Assembly (NCBI RefSeq): GCF_945956895.1 | Contig: NZ_CAMFJF010000006.1 | Span: 35,366 to 99,365, forward strand | Source of the DNA: an uncultured Bosea sp. | GTDB taxonomy: Bacteria; Pseudomonadota; Alphaproteobacteria; Rhizobiales; Beijerinckiaceae | Length of the DNA stretch: 64,000 nucleotides | Reading direction: 5' to 3' | Part shown: piece by piece, positions 47,428-58,891 of the stretch | Position numbering within the stretch: the first letter of the stretch is position 1 | Layout: every line of letters begins with the position of its first letter | The notes under the pieces: generated by a model | What the model was told of the DNA's origin: nothing | The model's input: only the letters and a program-made list of their open reading frames with translations | The model's database searches: none | Made by a program: the position numbers and the translations under genes

Positions 47428-48222
47428 CTACGGCGTGAGCTTCCGCATCAGGAGCGGCGCCCCGACCGCCGGGTCCTTGCGCCACTGGCCGTTCTCGAAG
47501 ACGAGGTCGGTGCCGTGGCCGCGCCGGGCGACGAGCGTCAGGCGGCCCTCGGCATAGCGCCAGCCGACGGGGTCGAAGATGGTCAGCCCGGTATCCGGAC
47601 ACATCCCCTCGAAAGCGGCGGCCTGGCGGCCATCGGCAGATGCGGGCGAGAGCACGAGCCGGCAAGCCTCGCGGTTCTGCTGGCGCATCAGGACATAGCG
47701 GCCCGGCAGGGAAGAAGGCGCTGGCGCCGTCGCGGGGTCGACGGCCGTGATGCGCTGGGCCGCGCTCGCCGCCGGATTCTGTGGGGCTTTCGGGGAAACG
47801 CGCGGATGGTCCCGCGACGCGAGCTTGTAGGCCTTGCCGTCGCTGCCCTTGCCGTCGAGGCCGGCTTCGGGCGTACCGCTCTGGAAACCGACGAGTTCCT
47901 TGCCGCCAGCATCCATGAACTGGGGCTGTCCGCTCCCGTTCAGCGTCCAGGACACGGCGGTGTCGAGGATGGGCAGAGCACGCCGGCAGGTGGCAGGGAA
48001 GCGCAACTGGCGCCGATTGCCGGCTGGCTCCGCACCGAGGGTGACGGTGCAGCTTTTCGATGCATCGGCGAGCCCGAGCTCCCAGGCGCCCAGCCAGCGG
48101 CGGATCGCCTCAGGAGCCTTGTCGGCGCCACGCGGCAGCGGCGCCGTCTGGGCGACCGCCGGCAGGGCGCCGGCGGCGAGGATCAGGAGCGGCAGCAGCC
48201 GGCGGATCAGGCCTTTTTCCAT
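47428..48222 (-). CDS. Secreted protein with two Inh/AprI-type metalloprotease-inhibitor-like domains
   Basis: Signal peptide. Two repeats carry the G-W/Y...C..L...C....W....G.L pattern (GAWELGL..SKSCTVTL..ATCRR; GRYVLMR..EACRLVL..GMCPD). The start overlaps the upstream gene by 16 nt. Confidence 0.6.
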   Translation of the reverse strand: MEKGLIRRLLPLLILAAGALPAVAQTAPLPRGADKAPEAIRRWLGAWELGLADASKSCTVTLGAEPAGNRRQLRFPATCRRALPILDTAVSWTLNGSGQPQFMDAGGKELVGFQSGTPEAGLDGKGSDGKAYKLASRDHPRVSPKAPQNPAASAAQRITAVDPATAPAPSSLPGRYVLMRQQNREACRLVLSPASADGRQAAAFEGMCPDTGLTIFDPVGWRYAEGRLTLVARRGHGTDLVFENGQWRKDPAVGAPLLMRKLTP

Positions 48223-49181
48223 GGTGTCTCCGACACGGGCGTCAGCGGCCCCTTGCCATCGAACCATGAAACCATGTTGTCGACCAGAAGCTGGCCCATC
48301 GCTTCGCGGGTATGGACCGAAGCCGAGCCGACATGGGGCAGCAGCACGGCATGCTCGATCGCGATCAGCTCTGCGGGCACGCGCGGCTCGTCCTCGAACA
48401 CGTCGAGGCCGGCGGAGAGGATGGTCTTGTCGTTGAGCGCCTTGATCAGCGCCTGCTCGTCGACGACCGTGCCGCGACCGACATTGACCAGGATGCCGTT
48501 GGGGCCCAGCGCCTTCAGCACCTCGGCATTGATGATGTGATGGGTCGAGGCTCCGCCCGGCGCGACCGAGATCAGCGTGTCGACATCGGCGGCCATGTCG
48601 ACCAGCGAGGGATAGTAGGGATAGGACACGTCAGGCTGGCGCGAGCGGCCGTGATAGACGACCGGCAGACCGAAGGCCTCGACACGCTGCGCCACCGCCT
48701 TGCCGATGCGGCCGAGGCCGACGATGCCGACCTTGCGCCCGCGCAGCGAGGTGGTGAGCGGATAGGCGCCCTTCAGCCACTTGCCTTCGCGCAGGTAGCG
48801 ATCGACCTGTGGGAGCTGGCGGACGGTGGCGATCAGCAGGCCAAGCGCGAGATCGGCGACCTCGTCGGTGAGCACGTCGGGCGTGTTGGTGACGGTGAGG
48901 CCGCGCCGGCCCGCCTCGGCAGCGTCGACATGGTCGTAGCCGACGCCGAAGCTGGAGATGACCTCAAGCTTGGGCAGCGCATCGAAAAGCGCGCCGTCGA
49001 CCCGGTTGTGGCCGCCGCCGGCGGCGACGCCGCGCACGCGATCCGCGACCTCGCGCAGCAGGGCATCGCGATCCGCCGCCTTCCACAGTTCGTGGACGGT
49101 GAAGCGCGCCTTGAGCTGGTCGGCGGCATAGGCCATCAGCGGGCCGGTCATGACGATTTCGGGCTTGGTGGAGGCTGTCAT
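48207..49181 (-). CDS. D-isomer-specific 2-hydroxyacid dehydrogenase (glyoxylate/hydroxypyruvate reductase-like)
   Basis: NAD motif GIVGLGRIGKAVA and catalytic R...E...H arrangement (NVGRG, PHVGSAS). Confidence 0.85.
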   Translation of the reverse strand: MTASTKPEIVMTGPLMAYAADQLKARFTVHELWKAADRDALLREVADRVRGVAAGGGHNRVDGALFDALPKLEVISSFGVGYDHVDAAEAGRRGLTVTNTPDVLTDEVADLALGLLIATVRQLPQVDRYLREGKWLKGAYPLTTSLRGRKVGIVGLGRIGKAVAQRVEAFGLPVVYHGRSRQPDVSYPYYPSLVDMAADVDTLISVAPGGASTHHIINAEVLKALGPNGILVNVGRGTVVDEQALIKALNDKTILSAGLDVFEDEPRVPAELIAIEHAVLLPHVGSASVHTREAMGQLLVDNMVSWFDGKGPLTPVSETPWKKA

Positions 49182-49328
49182 TGTCGGGCTGTCCGTGTGG
49201 GGTGGCGAAGGTCGTTGATTCGGCTGGTCTGAATCGATTAAAATGCAATGGCGCAGCCTGCCGGGACGGCATAGCCCCGCCGCCGCATGAGCGCTATCCG
49301 AACACGCTTCGCTGTCGATGCGAAGCGT

Positions 49329-50105
49329 TTATTTAGTATGCTTTATTCTGGCGATCTTCCCAGTCTCCGTGGCGACATGCGTGCCGAGCGATGCCAGCGT
49401 CGTGTTCAGGCTGTCGATGACCAGGCCGGCCATGCGGGCCGAGGCGAGGTCGCCGTCGCGATCGATGATGGCGAGCAGCACATGCTCGTGGTCGGGCAGG
49501 GATTCGATATAGGCGGCCTCGTCGCCCGTCTTCAGCAGCAATGACCATTGCAGCGTCGCGATGACTGCGCTGGAGAGGCATTGCAGCGCGGCGTTCTGGC
49601 ACGCGGCGAAGATCGCTTCGTGGAAGGCGAGGTCGGCCCGGATCGTACTTTCGGCGTAAGGCGTGCCGTCGGCCATGCCGCGATAGGCCGCCTCGATGCG
49701 GGCGATATCGGCCGAGGTCCGGCGCTGTGCGGCGAGGCGGGCGGCGCTGGGCTCGACGAAACGGCGCAACTCGAAGAGATCGCGGATGAATTTCTCGTTG
49801 GGATCGGCCTCGAAATGCCAGGACAATACGTCGGGGTCGAGCAGGTTCCAGCGTTCGCGCGGCGCGGCGCGGGTGCCGCTCTTCGGGCGCGCCTCGACCA
49901 GCCCCTTGGCGGTCAGGATCTTGACAGCCTCGCGATAGGCGGTGCGCGAAACCGATATTTCCGAGCGCAGGTCGTCCTCGTTCGGCAGGACCTCGCCGGC
50001 CCGGACGCTGCCGGTGATGATCGCGACGGCGAGCTTCTGGGCGACCTGGCCGAAAAGCCGGTCCGGATTGAGCGTCGTCGGCCGCGAGAAGTCGCGTACG
50101 CGCAT
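49329..50105 (-). CDS. GntR family (FadR subfamily) transcriptional regulator
   Basis: GntR winged-helix-like N-terminal region (...SRTAYREAVKILTAKGLVEARPKSGT) and an all-helical FCD domain. Confidence 0.85.
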   Translation of the reverse strand: MRVRDFSRPTTLNPDRLFGQVAQKLAVAIITGSVRAGEVLPNEDDLRSEISVSRTAYREAVKILTAKGLVEARPKSGTRAAPRERWNLLDPDVLSWHFEADPNEKFIRDLFELRRFVEPSAARLAAQRRTSADIARIEAAYRGMADGTPYAESTIRADLAFHEAIFAACQNAALQCLSSAVIATLQWSLLLKTGDEAAYIESLPDHEHVLLAIIDRDGDLASARMAGLVIDSLNTTLASLGTHVATETGKIARIKHTK

Positions 50106-50342
50106 CGCTGGTACCCCTCCCTCGGGCGCCTCGGGTCAGCCTGAATTTGCGGCATGGCCGAGGCTGTGGCGGCGCTTGACAGGGCCGCTTCTATCGTATG
50201 ACTTTATCGTAGATTGGAACGGACACAATCGCCCGGAACAGGGATGTCCGCTTTCATCATTCGGTCACAAGAAGCCGATTGTGGTCACAAGCCGCCCAAG
50301 GGCGAGCCTGGGATCAGGGAACGGAAAGCAGGGAAGGACGGC

Positions 50343-51395
<1,053 letters not shown>

Positions 51396-51622
51396 GGCAC
51401 GCAACCGTCCGGATTGCGCTGCGATCCGGTCGAGCCGCGCGTTCTTGATGCCTAGGTTCGAGACGGCTTCCGATCCGGGCGATCCAGCCCGATCGGGCCA
51501 GCTCCAAGGAATTCGCCGCCGCGCAAAAGGCGGGCGGCGGATGATCGCTGTCAACGCCCATCATCATGCAGGACGGTGGTCCCATGCAGGCCGCCGCCGC
51601 ACCAACGGAGGAGACGGTTTCC

Positions 51623-52927
51623 ATGAGCATTTCAAGAAGAGACGTTCTGATCGGCGGCGCCGGGCTCGCCGCGGGGGCGACGCTGCCGCTCGCGCCGTCC
51701 ATCGCGCAGGCCAAGATCGAGCCGGGCGCGAGCTTACGCGTGCTGCGCCCGACCAAGTTCGTCGATCCCGACCAGGCCATCTTCAACGAGAACACCGAGG
51801 CCTTCACGAAGGCGACCGGCGTGCAGGTCAAGGTCGACTATGCCGGTTGGGAGGATTTGCGCCCGCAGACGGCTGTGACCGCCAATACCGGCGCCGGGCC
51901 GGATGTCGTCGTCGGCTGGGCCGATGATCCGCATATCTTCTCGGACAAGCTGATCGACCTTACCGACATCGCCGAGGGGCTCGGCAAGAAATACGGCGGC
52001 TGGTACCCGATCGCCGAGAAATACGGCAAGAAGGACAAGACCAGCCAGTGGGTCTCGATCCCGATGGGCGCCTCCGGTGCGCCGGCGGTCTATCGCGAAT
52101 CCTGGGTCAAGGAAGCGGGCTTCGACACCTTCCCGAAGGATCTCGACAACTTCCTCAAGCTCTGCCGCAAGCTCAAGGAGATCGGGCATCCCGCCGGCTT
52201 CGCGCTCGGCAATGCGGTTGGTGATGGCAACGCCTTCTGCAACTGGCTCGTCTGGACCCATGGCGGCTACATGGTCGACGAGAACAACAAGGTCGCGATC
52301 AACTCGAAGGAGACGATCGAGGCGCTGAAATACGCCAAGGCGCTCTACGAGACCTTCATCCCCGGCACGCTCTCCTGGCTCGACATCAGCAACAACAAGG
52401 CGCTGACGGCCGGTGAAATCGGCCTGACCCAGAACGGCGTCTCGCTGTATTTCTCGATCAAGAACTCGAAGGACGAGAAGACCGCGGCGATCGGCAAGGA
52501 CCTGAACCACGCCACCATGCCGGTCGGTCCGCTCGGGCGCCCGTCGGAGCCGGCGCTGATCATCAACGCCATGGCGTTCAAGCACACGAAGTTCCCGAAC
52601 GCCGCGAAGGAATATCTCCGCTTCATGATGGAGAAGGAGCAGTACGACAAGTGGCTGACCGGCTGCTACGGCTACTGGACACAGCCGCTGAAGGCCTATG
52701 CGGAGAGCAAGGTCTGGTCGAGCGATCCGAAGATCGTCGTCTATCGCGACACCTGGGAGCGGGCGCTCTGGAGCGGCTACAAGGGCTCGATCAACGAGGC
52801 TGCCGGCACGGTCAACGCCGAATACGTGGTCGTTCAGATGGTCGCTTCCGTCTGCTCCGGCCAGGCGACGCCGGAAGAGGCTGCCAAGGAAGCCGAGCGC
52901 CGCGCCAAGCGCTATTACCGGACCTGA
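51623..52927 (+). CDS. ABC transporter substrate-binding protein (family 1, carbohydrate type) with Tat-like signal
   Basis: MSISRRDVLIGGAGLAAGATLPLAPSIAQA, followed by an SBP fold of about 430 aa. Confidence 0.85.
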   Translation: MSISRRDVLIGGAGLAAGATLPLAPSIAQAKIEPGASLRVLRPTKFVDPDQAIFNENTEAFTKATGVQVKVDYAGWEDLRPQTAVTANTGAGPDVVVGWADDPHIFSDKLIDLTDIAEGLGKKYGGWYPIAEKYGKKDKTSQWVSIPMGASGAPAVYRESWVKEAGFDTFPKDLDNFLKLCRKLKEIGHPAGFALGNAVGDGNAFCNWLVWTHGGYMVDENNKVAINSKETIEALKYAKALYETFIPGTLSWLDISNNKALTAGEIGLTQNGVSLYFSIKNSKDEKTAAIGKDLNHATMPVGPLGRPSEPALIINAMAFKHTKFPNAAKEYLRFMMEKEQYDKWLTGCYGYWTQPLKAYAESKVWSSDPKIVVYRDTWERALWSGYKGSINEAAGTVNAEYVVVQMVASVCSGQATPEEAAKEAERRAKRYYRT

Positions 52928-53064
52928 TGCGCGCCCTGCGCTGACCCGGAGACACGCGGCCGCCGGTTCGCCCGGCGGCCGACGAGAAATCGTATCGGAA
53001 CTGTCTGGGACGTAGCTTCTACGTTTTGGCCCGATGCCACCGCCGACCTGAACGCGAGGGCGCC

Positions 53065-54021
53065 ATGGCCGTAGCTGCCGCCGAAGCGCGAACCGTCCAC
53101 AGCCTGCAACACAACTGGCTGGTGCGTCTGTTCGACTACAAGCCGTTCCTGATCTTCCTGTGCCTGCTGCCGGCGGCCGGCTTCCTGCTGGTCTTCCTCA
53201 GCTATCCGCTGGGTTTGGGCATCTGGCTCGCCTTCACCGACACGCGCATCGGCCGCGTCGGGCAGTTCATCGGCTTCGAGAATTTCGAGTCGCTCTGGTA
53301 CGACAGGGTGTTCATCACCTCGGTCTGGAACACGCTGCTCTATACGGGCGTGGCGACGTTCGGGAAATTCGCGCTCGGCCTTTGGCTGGCGCTGCTGCTC
53401 AACAACCATCTGCCGTTCAAATCGCTGCTCAGGGCGATCATCCTGATTCCCTGGATCGTGCCGACCGTGCTCTCGGCCATCGCCTTCTGGTGGATCTACG
53501 ATCCGCAGTTCTCGATCATCTCCTATGTCCTGGTCGACGTGCTCGGCTGGCGCGACACCTATATCGACTTCCTCGGCCAGCCCTGGCCGGCGCGGTTCTC
53601 GCTGATGGCCGCCAATATCTGGCGCGGCATCCCCTTCGTCGCGATCAGCCTGCTAGCCGGTCTGCAGACGATCTCACCCTCGCTCTACGAGGCCGCGATG
53701 CTGGACGGCGCCAATTCCTGGCAGCGCTTCCGGCATGTGACGCTGCCGATGCTGATGCCGATCCTGGCGGTGGTGCTGACCTTCTCGGTGCTGTTCACCT
53801 TCACCGATTTCCAGCTGGTCTATGCGATCACCCGCGGCGGGCCGGTCAACGCAACGCATCTAATGGCGACGCTTGCCTTCCAGCGCGGCATTCCCGGCGG
53901 CCAGCTCGGCGAGGGCGCGGCGATTGCGGTCGCGATGATCCCGTTTCTCGTGATGGCGACGCTGTTCAGCTATTTCGGCCTCGCCCGGCGCAAGTGGCAG
54001 CAGGGGGAAGACAATGACTGA
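53065..54021 (+). CDS. Carbohydrate ABC transporter permease (MalF/UgpA-like)
   Basis: 6 TM segments and an EAA-loop region YEAAMLDGANSWQRFRHVTLP. Confidence 0.85.
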   Translation: MAVAAAEARTVHSLQHNWLVRLFDYKPFLIFLCLLPAAGFLLVFLSYPLGLGIWLAFTDTRIGRVGQFIGFENFESLWYDRVFITSVWNTLLYTGVATFGKFALGLWLALLLNNHLPFKSLLRAIILIPWIVPTVLSAIAFWWIYDPQFSIISYVLVDVLGWRDTYIDFLGQPWPARFSLMAANIWRGIPFVAISLLAGLQTISPSLYEAAMLDGANSWQRFRHVTLPMLMPILAVVLTFSVLFTFTDFQLVYAITRGGPVNATHLMATLAFQRGIPGGQLGEGAAIAVAMIPFLVMATLFSYFGLARRKWQQGEDND

Positions 54022-54916
54022 TCAAACCCTCGGAGCGCGCCCGCATCTGACCGACAAGGAGCGCGACGGCGTCATCGACTGGTCGTCCGGCCCGCGGCGC
54101 TTCATCACGCTCTACCTGCCGCTGTCGCTCTTCCTGCTCGTGCTGCTCTTCCCATTCTACTGGATGGCGATCACGGCGATCAAACCGAACGCGGAGCTGC
54201 TCGACTACAAGAACAACAACCCGTTCTGGGTGAAGTCGCCGACGCTGGAGAACATCCACAAGCTGCTCTTCCAGACCGATTATCCGCAATGGCTGTGGAC
54301 CACGATGATGGTCGCGGCGGTGGCGACGGCGCTCTCGCTGTTTTCCAGCGTGCTCGCCGCTTATGCGATCCAGCGCCTGCGGTTCAAGGGCTCGCAATAT
54401 GTGGGCCTCGCGATCTACCTCGCCTATCTCGTGCCGCCTTCGATCCTGTTCATCCCGCTCGCGACGCTGATCTTCCAGTTCGGCCTGTTCGACTCGCCGC
54501 TCGCGCTGATCCTGACCTACCCAACCTTCCTGATCCCGTTCTGCACCTGGCTCCTGATCGGCTATTTCAAGTCGATCCCTTACGAGCTCGAGGAATGCGC
54601 GATGATCGACGGGGCGACGCGGTTGCAGACGCTGTGGCGGATCACCTTGCCGCTCGCCATGCCCGGCCTGATCTCGGCCGGCATTTTCGCCTTCACTCTG
54701 TCCTGGAACGAGTTCATCTACGCGCTCGCCTTCATCCAGTCGGCGGAGAAGAAGACGGTTCCGGTCGCGGTGCTGACCCAGCTCGTCGAGGGCGACGTCT
54801 ATCACTGGGGCTCGCTGATGGCCGGTGCCTTGCTCGGCTCGATCCCCGTGGCGATCCTCTATTCCTTCTTCGTCGACTACTACGTCGCGTCCATGACGGG
54901 CGCGGTGAAGGAGTAA
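54014..54916 (+). CDS. Carbohydrate ABC transporter permease (MalG/UgpE-like)
   Basis: EAA loop ELEECAMIDGATRLQTLWRITLP. Overlaps the upstream permease by 8 nt. Confidence 0.85.
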   Translation: MTDQTLGARPHLTDKERDGVIDWSSGPRRFITLYLPLSLFLLVLLFPFYWMAITAIKPNAELLDYKNNNPFWVKSPTLENIHKLLFQTDYPQWLWTTMMVAAVATALSLFSSVLAAYAIQRLRFKGSQYVGLAIYLAYLVPPSILFIPLATLIFQFGLFDSPLALILTYPTFLIPFCTWLLIGYFKSIPYELEECAMIDGATRLQTLWRITLPLAMPGLISAGIFAFTLSWNEFIYALAFIQSAEKKTVPVAVLTQLVEGDVYHWGSLMAGALLGSIPVAILYSFFVDYYVASMTGAVKE

Positions 54917-54989
54917 CCGGCGCTGATGCCGGCTGTCTTGCGGGCATGGCGTAAGCTGTGCCCGCTTTCGTTGCGAGAATGTCTGCCTC

Positions 54990-55895
54990 ATGTCCGCTCA
55001 ACCGATCTCCAGCATCGCCTTCGTCGGGCTTGGCGCCATGGGCGCGCCGATGGCCGAGAACCTCGTGAAGAAGCAGTTCCGCGTCACCGGTTTCGACATG
55101 CGCGAAGCGGCGCGTGATGCGCTGGTCGCGGCCGGCGGGCACGCGGCGGTGAGCGCGAAGGAAGCGGCTGATGGCGCCGAGGCGTTGGTGCTGATGGTGG
55201 TCAATGCCGCGCAGGCGCGCTCGGTGCTGTTCGAGGCTGGGGCACTCAGCGTTCTGGCGCCGGGCGCGACCGTCATCCTGATGGCGACCTGTCCGCCGGG
55301 CGATGCGGAAGCGATCGCGGCGGAGGTCACGAAGACCGGGCGGCACTTCATCGACGCGCCGGTCTCCGGCGGCGTGAACGGTGCGCGCAATGCGACGCTC
55401 ACCATCATGGTCGGTGCGCCCCAAGATAGCTTCGCGCGGGCGAAGCCGGTGCTCGATGCGCTCGGCGACAAGGTCTTCCATGTCGGCGAGAAGGCCGGGC
55501 AGGGCGCGACGGTGAAGACCGTCAACCAGCTGCTCTGCGGGGTGCATATCGCTGTCGCGGCCGAGGCGCTCTCGCTGGCCGAGAAGGCCGGCATCGACGG
55601 GCGCCTGCTGTTCGAGATCATGGGCGGCTCGGCCGCCTCGTCCTGGATGCTCCGGGATCGCGGGCCGCGCATGCATGAGCCCGATCCGGTGGTGGCGAGC
55701 GCCGTCGACATCTTCGTCAAGGACCTCGGCATCGTGCTCGATGCCGGGCGTGCCGCGAAGACGGCGCTGCCGCTGGCGGCGGCTGCACACCAGATGTTCC
55801 TCTCGGCGTCCGGCCTCGGCCATGGCGGGCGCGACGATTCACAGGTCGTGCGGGCCTATCGGGCGCTCAACGCCAAGCCCGCCAACGATGCGTGA
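54990..55895 (+). CDS. NAD(P)-dependent beta-hydroxyacid dehydrogenase (3-hydroxyisobutyrate dehydrogenase family)
   Basis: IAFVGLGAMGAPMA dinucleotide motif and the family pattern DAPVSGG... Confidence 0.8.
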   Translation: MSAQPISSIAFVGLGAMGAPMAENLVKKQFRVTGFDMREAARDALVAAGGHAAVSAKEAADGAEALVLMVVNAAQARSVLFEAGALSVLAPGATVILMATCPPGDAEAIAAEVTKTGRHFIDAPVSGGVNGARNATLTIMVGAPQDSFARAKPVLDALGDKVFHVGEKAGQGATVKTVNQLLCGVHIAVAAEALSLAEKAGIDGRLLFEIMGGSAASSWMLRDRGPRMHEPDPVVASAVDIFVKDLGIVLDAGRAAKTALPLAAAAHQMFLSASGLGHGGRDDSQVVRAYRALNAKPANDA

Positions 55896-55926
55896 CGGGC
55901 GTTGGTCCGGTGCCCGACATCCTCAG

Positions 55927-56040
55927 CCCTCATCCTGAGGAGCCGCGCAGCGGCGTCTCGAAGGATGCTCCAGGAGGCTCCGGAACCATCTGGAGCATCC
56001 TTCGAGACGCGCTTCTCCGAAGCGCTCCTCAGGATGAGGG
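55927..56040. repeat. Type E nested-palindromic repeat (CCCTCATCCTGAGGAGC...CGTCTCGAAGGATGCTCC / GGAGCATCCTTCGAGACG...GCTCCTCAGGATGAGGG)
   Basis: About 114-bp near-perfect nested palindrome between convergent genes. Single copy in this window. Confidence 0.85.
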
Positions 56041-56056
56041 CTCGATGGGCGAGGGC

Positions 56057-57124
56057 CTAACGCGGCGGGCAGGTCGTTCCCCGGACGATCAGCGCCGGCG
56101 TCAGCAGCAGGCGCTGCGTCGGGGCGGTGGGGTCGGCGATGCGGTTCAGCAGGAACTCGGCCGATTTGGCGCCCATCTCGTTCTGGAAGTTGAAGATCGT
56201 GGTGAGCGCGGGGAACCACTGCGCCGCTTCCTTCACGTCGTCGCAGCCGACGATCGAGAAGTCGCGGCCGGCCTCCAGTCCGCGATGGTGCAGGCCGAGC
56301 ATGGCGCCGAAAGCGGCGAGATCGTTCATGCAGGCGGCGGCCGTCGGCGGATCATGCGCGTCGAGCACCTTCTGGATGCCTGTCAGCCCGTTCTCGCGGG
56401 TGCCGTAATCGACATGGACCAGCGCCGGGTCGAAAGGCAGTCCATGGCGGGCGAGCGCGTCGCGATAGCCGGCATAGCGGTTGCGGCCGGTCGAGATGCT
56501 CTCGTTCGCACAGAGGAAGGCGATGCGGCGATGACCGAGTCCGATCAGGTGCTCCATCGCCAGATTGGTGCCGTGGCGGTCGTCGGAGCCGACGAAGTCA
56601 AGGTCGAGCCCCGGGATCTCGCGCGAGAGCTGGACAATGGGGACGCCGGCATCGATCAGGGGGCTGAGGCTCTCCGCCGTACTGCCGCCTGCCGAGCACA
56701 GCACCATGCCGTCCGGCCGGTACTCGGCGAGGGTGCTGAGCACGCGCTGCTGCCGGTCGAGGTTCTCGGCATAGGTGCCGAGCAGGATCGAGCGGTCGTT
56801 GCGGCCGGCCGTCTCCTCGATCGCGGCCAGCAATTCGGCGAAATAGGGGTTGGTGATGTCGTGGAAGCCGACGCCGATGATGTTGGTGCGGTCGGTGCGC
56901 AGGGACGCGGCGCTGCGGTTGTAGCTGTAGCCCATCTCGCGGGCGATCTCACGCACGCGGTTGCGTGTCGCTTCCGCCACGAGCTGCGAGCCGCGCAGCG
57001 CGAGCGACACCGTCGCGGTCGAGACCGAGAGACGCTCGGCGATGACCTGCAGGGTGACACGCGCACGGCCGGCGGGTGTCGGGCTTTTGGGCTGGCTAGG
57101 CCCCGGCGGGTCGCTGGCGGTCAT
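56057..57124 (-). CDS. LacI family transcriptional regulator
   Basis: HTH VTLQVIAERLSVSTATVSLALRGS and a periplasmic-binding-protein-like core. ATG at 57124. Confidence 0.85.
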   Translation of the reverse strand: MTASDPPGPSQPKSPTPAGRARVTLQVIAERLSVSTATVSLALRGSQLVAEATRNRVREIAREMGYSYNRSAASLRTDRTNIIGVGFHDITNPYFAELLAAIEETAGRNDRSILLGTYAENLDRQQRVLSTLAEYRPDGMVLCSAGGSTAESLSPLIDAGVPIVQLSREIPGLDLDFVGSDDRHGTNLAMEHLIGLGHRRIAFLCANESISTGRNRYAGYRDALARHGLPFDPALVHVDYGTRENGLTGIQKVLDAHDPPTAAACMNDLAAFGAMLGLHHRGLEAGRDFSIVGCDDVKEAAQWFPALTTIFNFQNEMGAKSAEFLLNRIADPTAPTQRLLLTPALIVRGTTCPPR

Positions 57125-57225
57125 GACTCGTCCACACTGAGCGCGGGCCTCAAGGCCGGCTTCCGATCCGGCCATTTCGCCGACTTCCGGCTCCATCTCA
57201 ACCATATCAGCGGGAGAATGAGAAG

Positions 57226-58137
57226 ATGACTGCAACCAAAGAGTCCGTGGGCTTCATCGGCGTCGGCCTGATGGGGCAGGGCATGGCCCGCAATCTCGTG
57301 GACAAGGGCTTCCCGCTGACCGTGATGGGACACCGCAACCGCAAGCCAGTCGAGGAGCTGGTTGCCGCCGGTGCCGTCGAGGCGAAGACGGCGAAGGAGC
57401 TTGCGGCGCGATCCGGGATCATCTTCCTGTGCGTGACCGGCTCGGCCCAGGTCGAGGCCGTGCTGAAGGGCGAGAACGGCATCATGGCTGGGGCGAAGCC
57501 GGGCACCGTGATCGTCGATTGTTCGACCTCGGATCCGACGGTGACGGTGAAGCTTGCGGCGGAACTGGAGGCGAAGGGCCTGCATCTCGCCGATGCGCCT
57601 CTCGGCGGCACGCCGGCGCAGGCCGCGCTCGGCCAGCTCTCGGCGATGGTCGGGGCCTCGCCCGAGGTCTTCGCCCGGATCAAGCCCGCCTGCGAGGCCT
57701 GGGCGCAGAAGATCGTGCATCTCGGGCCGGTCGGCGACGGCCACAAGATGAAGCTGATCAACAACTTCCTGTCGCTGGGTTATGCAGCGATCTATGCGGA
57801 GGCGCTCGCCCTCGGCCAGAAGATCGGCATCACGCCCCAGACCTTCGACAGCGTCATCCGCGGCAGCCGCATGGATTGCGGTTTCTACCAGACCTTCATG
57901 ACATACGTGCTGGAGCGTGACCGCGACGCCCACAAGTTCACGCTGACCAACGCCTTGAAGGACGTGCGCTATCTGGAGAGCGTGGCCAATGAGGCCGGCG
58001 TCGCCAACCCGATCGGCAACGCCGTGAAGAACAGCTATGCCGCCGCCGTTGCCAGCGGCAAGGGCGAGGATTATGTGCCGATGCTCTCGGACTGGATCGC
58101 GGGGCTGAACGGCACCTCGCTCGCCGACAAGGGCTGA
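57226..58137 (+). CDS. NAD(P)-dependent beta-hydroxyacid dehydrogenase (3-hydroxyisobutyrate dehydrogenase family), paralogue 2
   Basis: VGFIGVGLMGQGMA and DAPLGGTPAQA. Divergent from the LacI gene. Confidence 0.8.
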   Translation: MTATKESVGFIGVGLMGQGMARNLVDKGFPLTVMGHRNRKPVEELVAAGAVEAKTAKELAARSGIIFLCVTGSAQVEAVLKGENGIMAGAKPGTVIVDCSTSDPTVTVKLAAELEAKGLHLADAPLGGTPAQAALGQLSAMVGASPEVFARIKPACEAWAQKIVHLGPVGDGHKMKLINNFLSLGYAAIYAEALALGQKIGITPQTFDSVIRGSRMDCGFYQTFMTYVLERDRDAHKFTLTNALKDVRYLESVANEAGVANPIGNAVKNSYAAAVASGKGEDYVPMLSDWIAGLNGTSLADKG

Positions 58138-58147
58138 GCGGCGTCGT

Positions 58148-58891
58148 TCAGGGCTGGGCCAGCAGTCGGGAGAGGCCTTCCGAGAGCCCGGTGCTGGCGA
58201 CCGGTGCGGGCAGGGCGAGGTCGCCCTCCCGCGGCTTCGGCTTGGGCTGGTCGAGTTCGGCCAGCAGCATGCGGATGCTGGCCTCGGCCGAGCAGATCAC
58301 GGGCACGTCGACATGCGGCTGGACGCGGGAGGCGAGACCTGCGAGCCCGGCGCCGCCGAGGATGACAGCGCCCGCGCCGTCACGCTTGGCGACGCGGCGG
58401 CAGGCCTCCGCGAGCATGGCGATCGAGCCGTCCGGGTCGCGGGCGATATCGGCGCCGGTGGGCGCGACGGTCTCGACGGCGGCGAGGCGATCGCCCAATC
58501 CGATCGAGCCGACGAATTCGTGCAGCATCGGCCCCCAGCGCTCGCCGCCGGTGACGATGGCGAAGCGCTCGGCCTTCTCCGCGGCATAGCGGCTGCTGGC
58601 CTCGGCCATGCCGATCACCGGGATCCGGGCCATTTCCTTGAGGGCGAGCAGGCCGGGGTCGCCGAAGCAGGCGAGATAGACGCCATCGCAATCCTGGCCA
58701 TGCTCGGCGAAGGCCTCGAGCGCTGCATGGGCCGCGATGACCCCGGCGCTGCGGCTGGCGATGTAATGCGCGCCGAAACGGCCCGTGGCTGGCACCAGCT
58801 CGGCCTGCGGCGGCAGATAGGGCAGGACCACGCGGGTCACCAGTGCCGTCATCTCCGGCATGGTGTTGGGGTTCAACAGGAGAATGCGCAA
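58148..58891 (-). CDS. Asp/Glu/hydantoin racemase family protein
   Basis: MRILLLNPN..., with conserved Cys residues in LACFGDPGL and VICSAEAS contexts. Confidence 0.75.
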   Translation of the reverse strand: MRILLLNPNTMPEMTALVTRVVLPYLPPQAELVPATGRFGAHYIASRSAGVIAAHAALEAFAEHGQDCDGVYLACFGDPGLLALKEMARIPVIGMAEASSRYAAEKAERFAIVTGGERWGPMLHEFVGSIGLGDRLAAVETVAPTGADIARDPDGSIAMLAEACRRVAKRDGAGAVILGGAGLAGLASRVQPHVDVPVICSAEASIRMLLAELDQPKPKPREGDLALPAPVASTGLSEGLSRLLAQP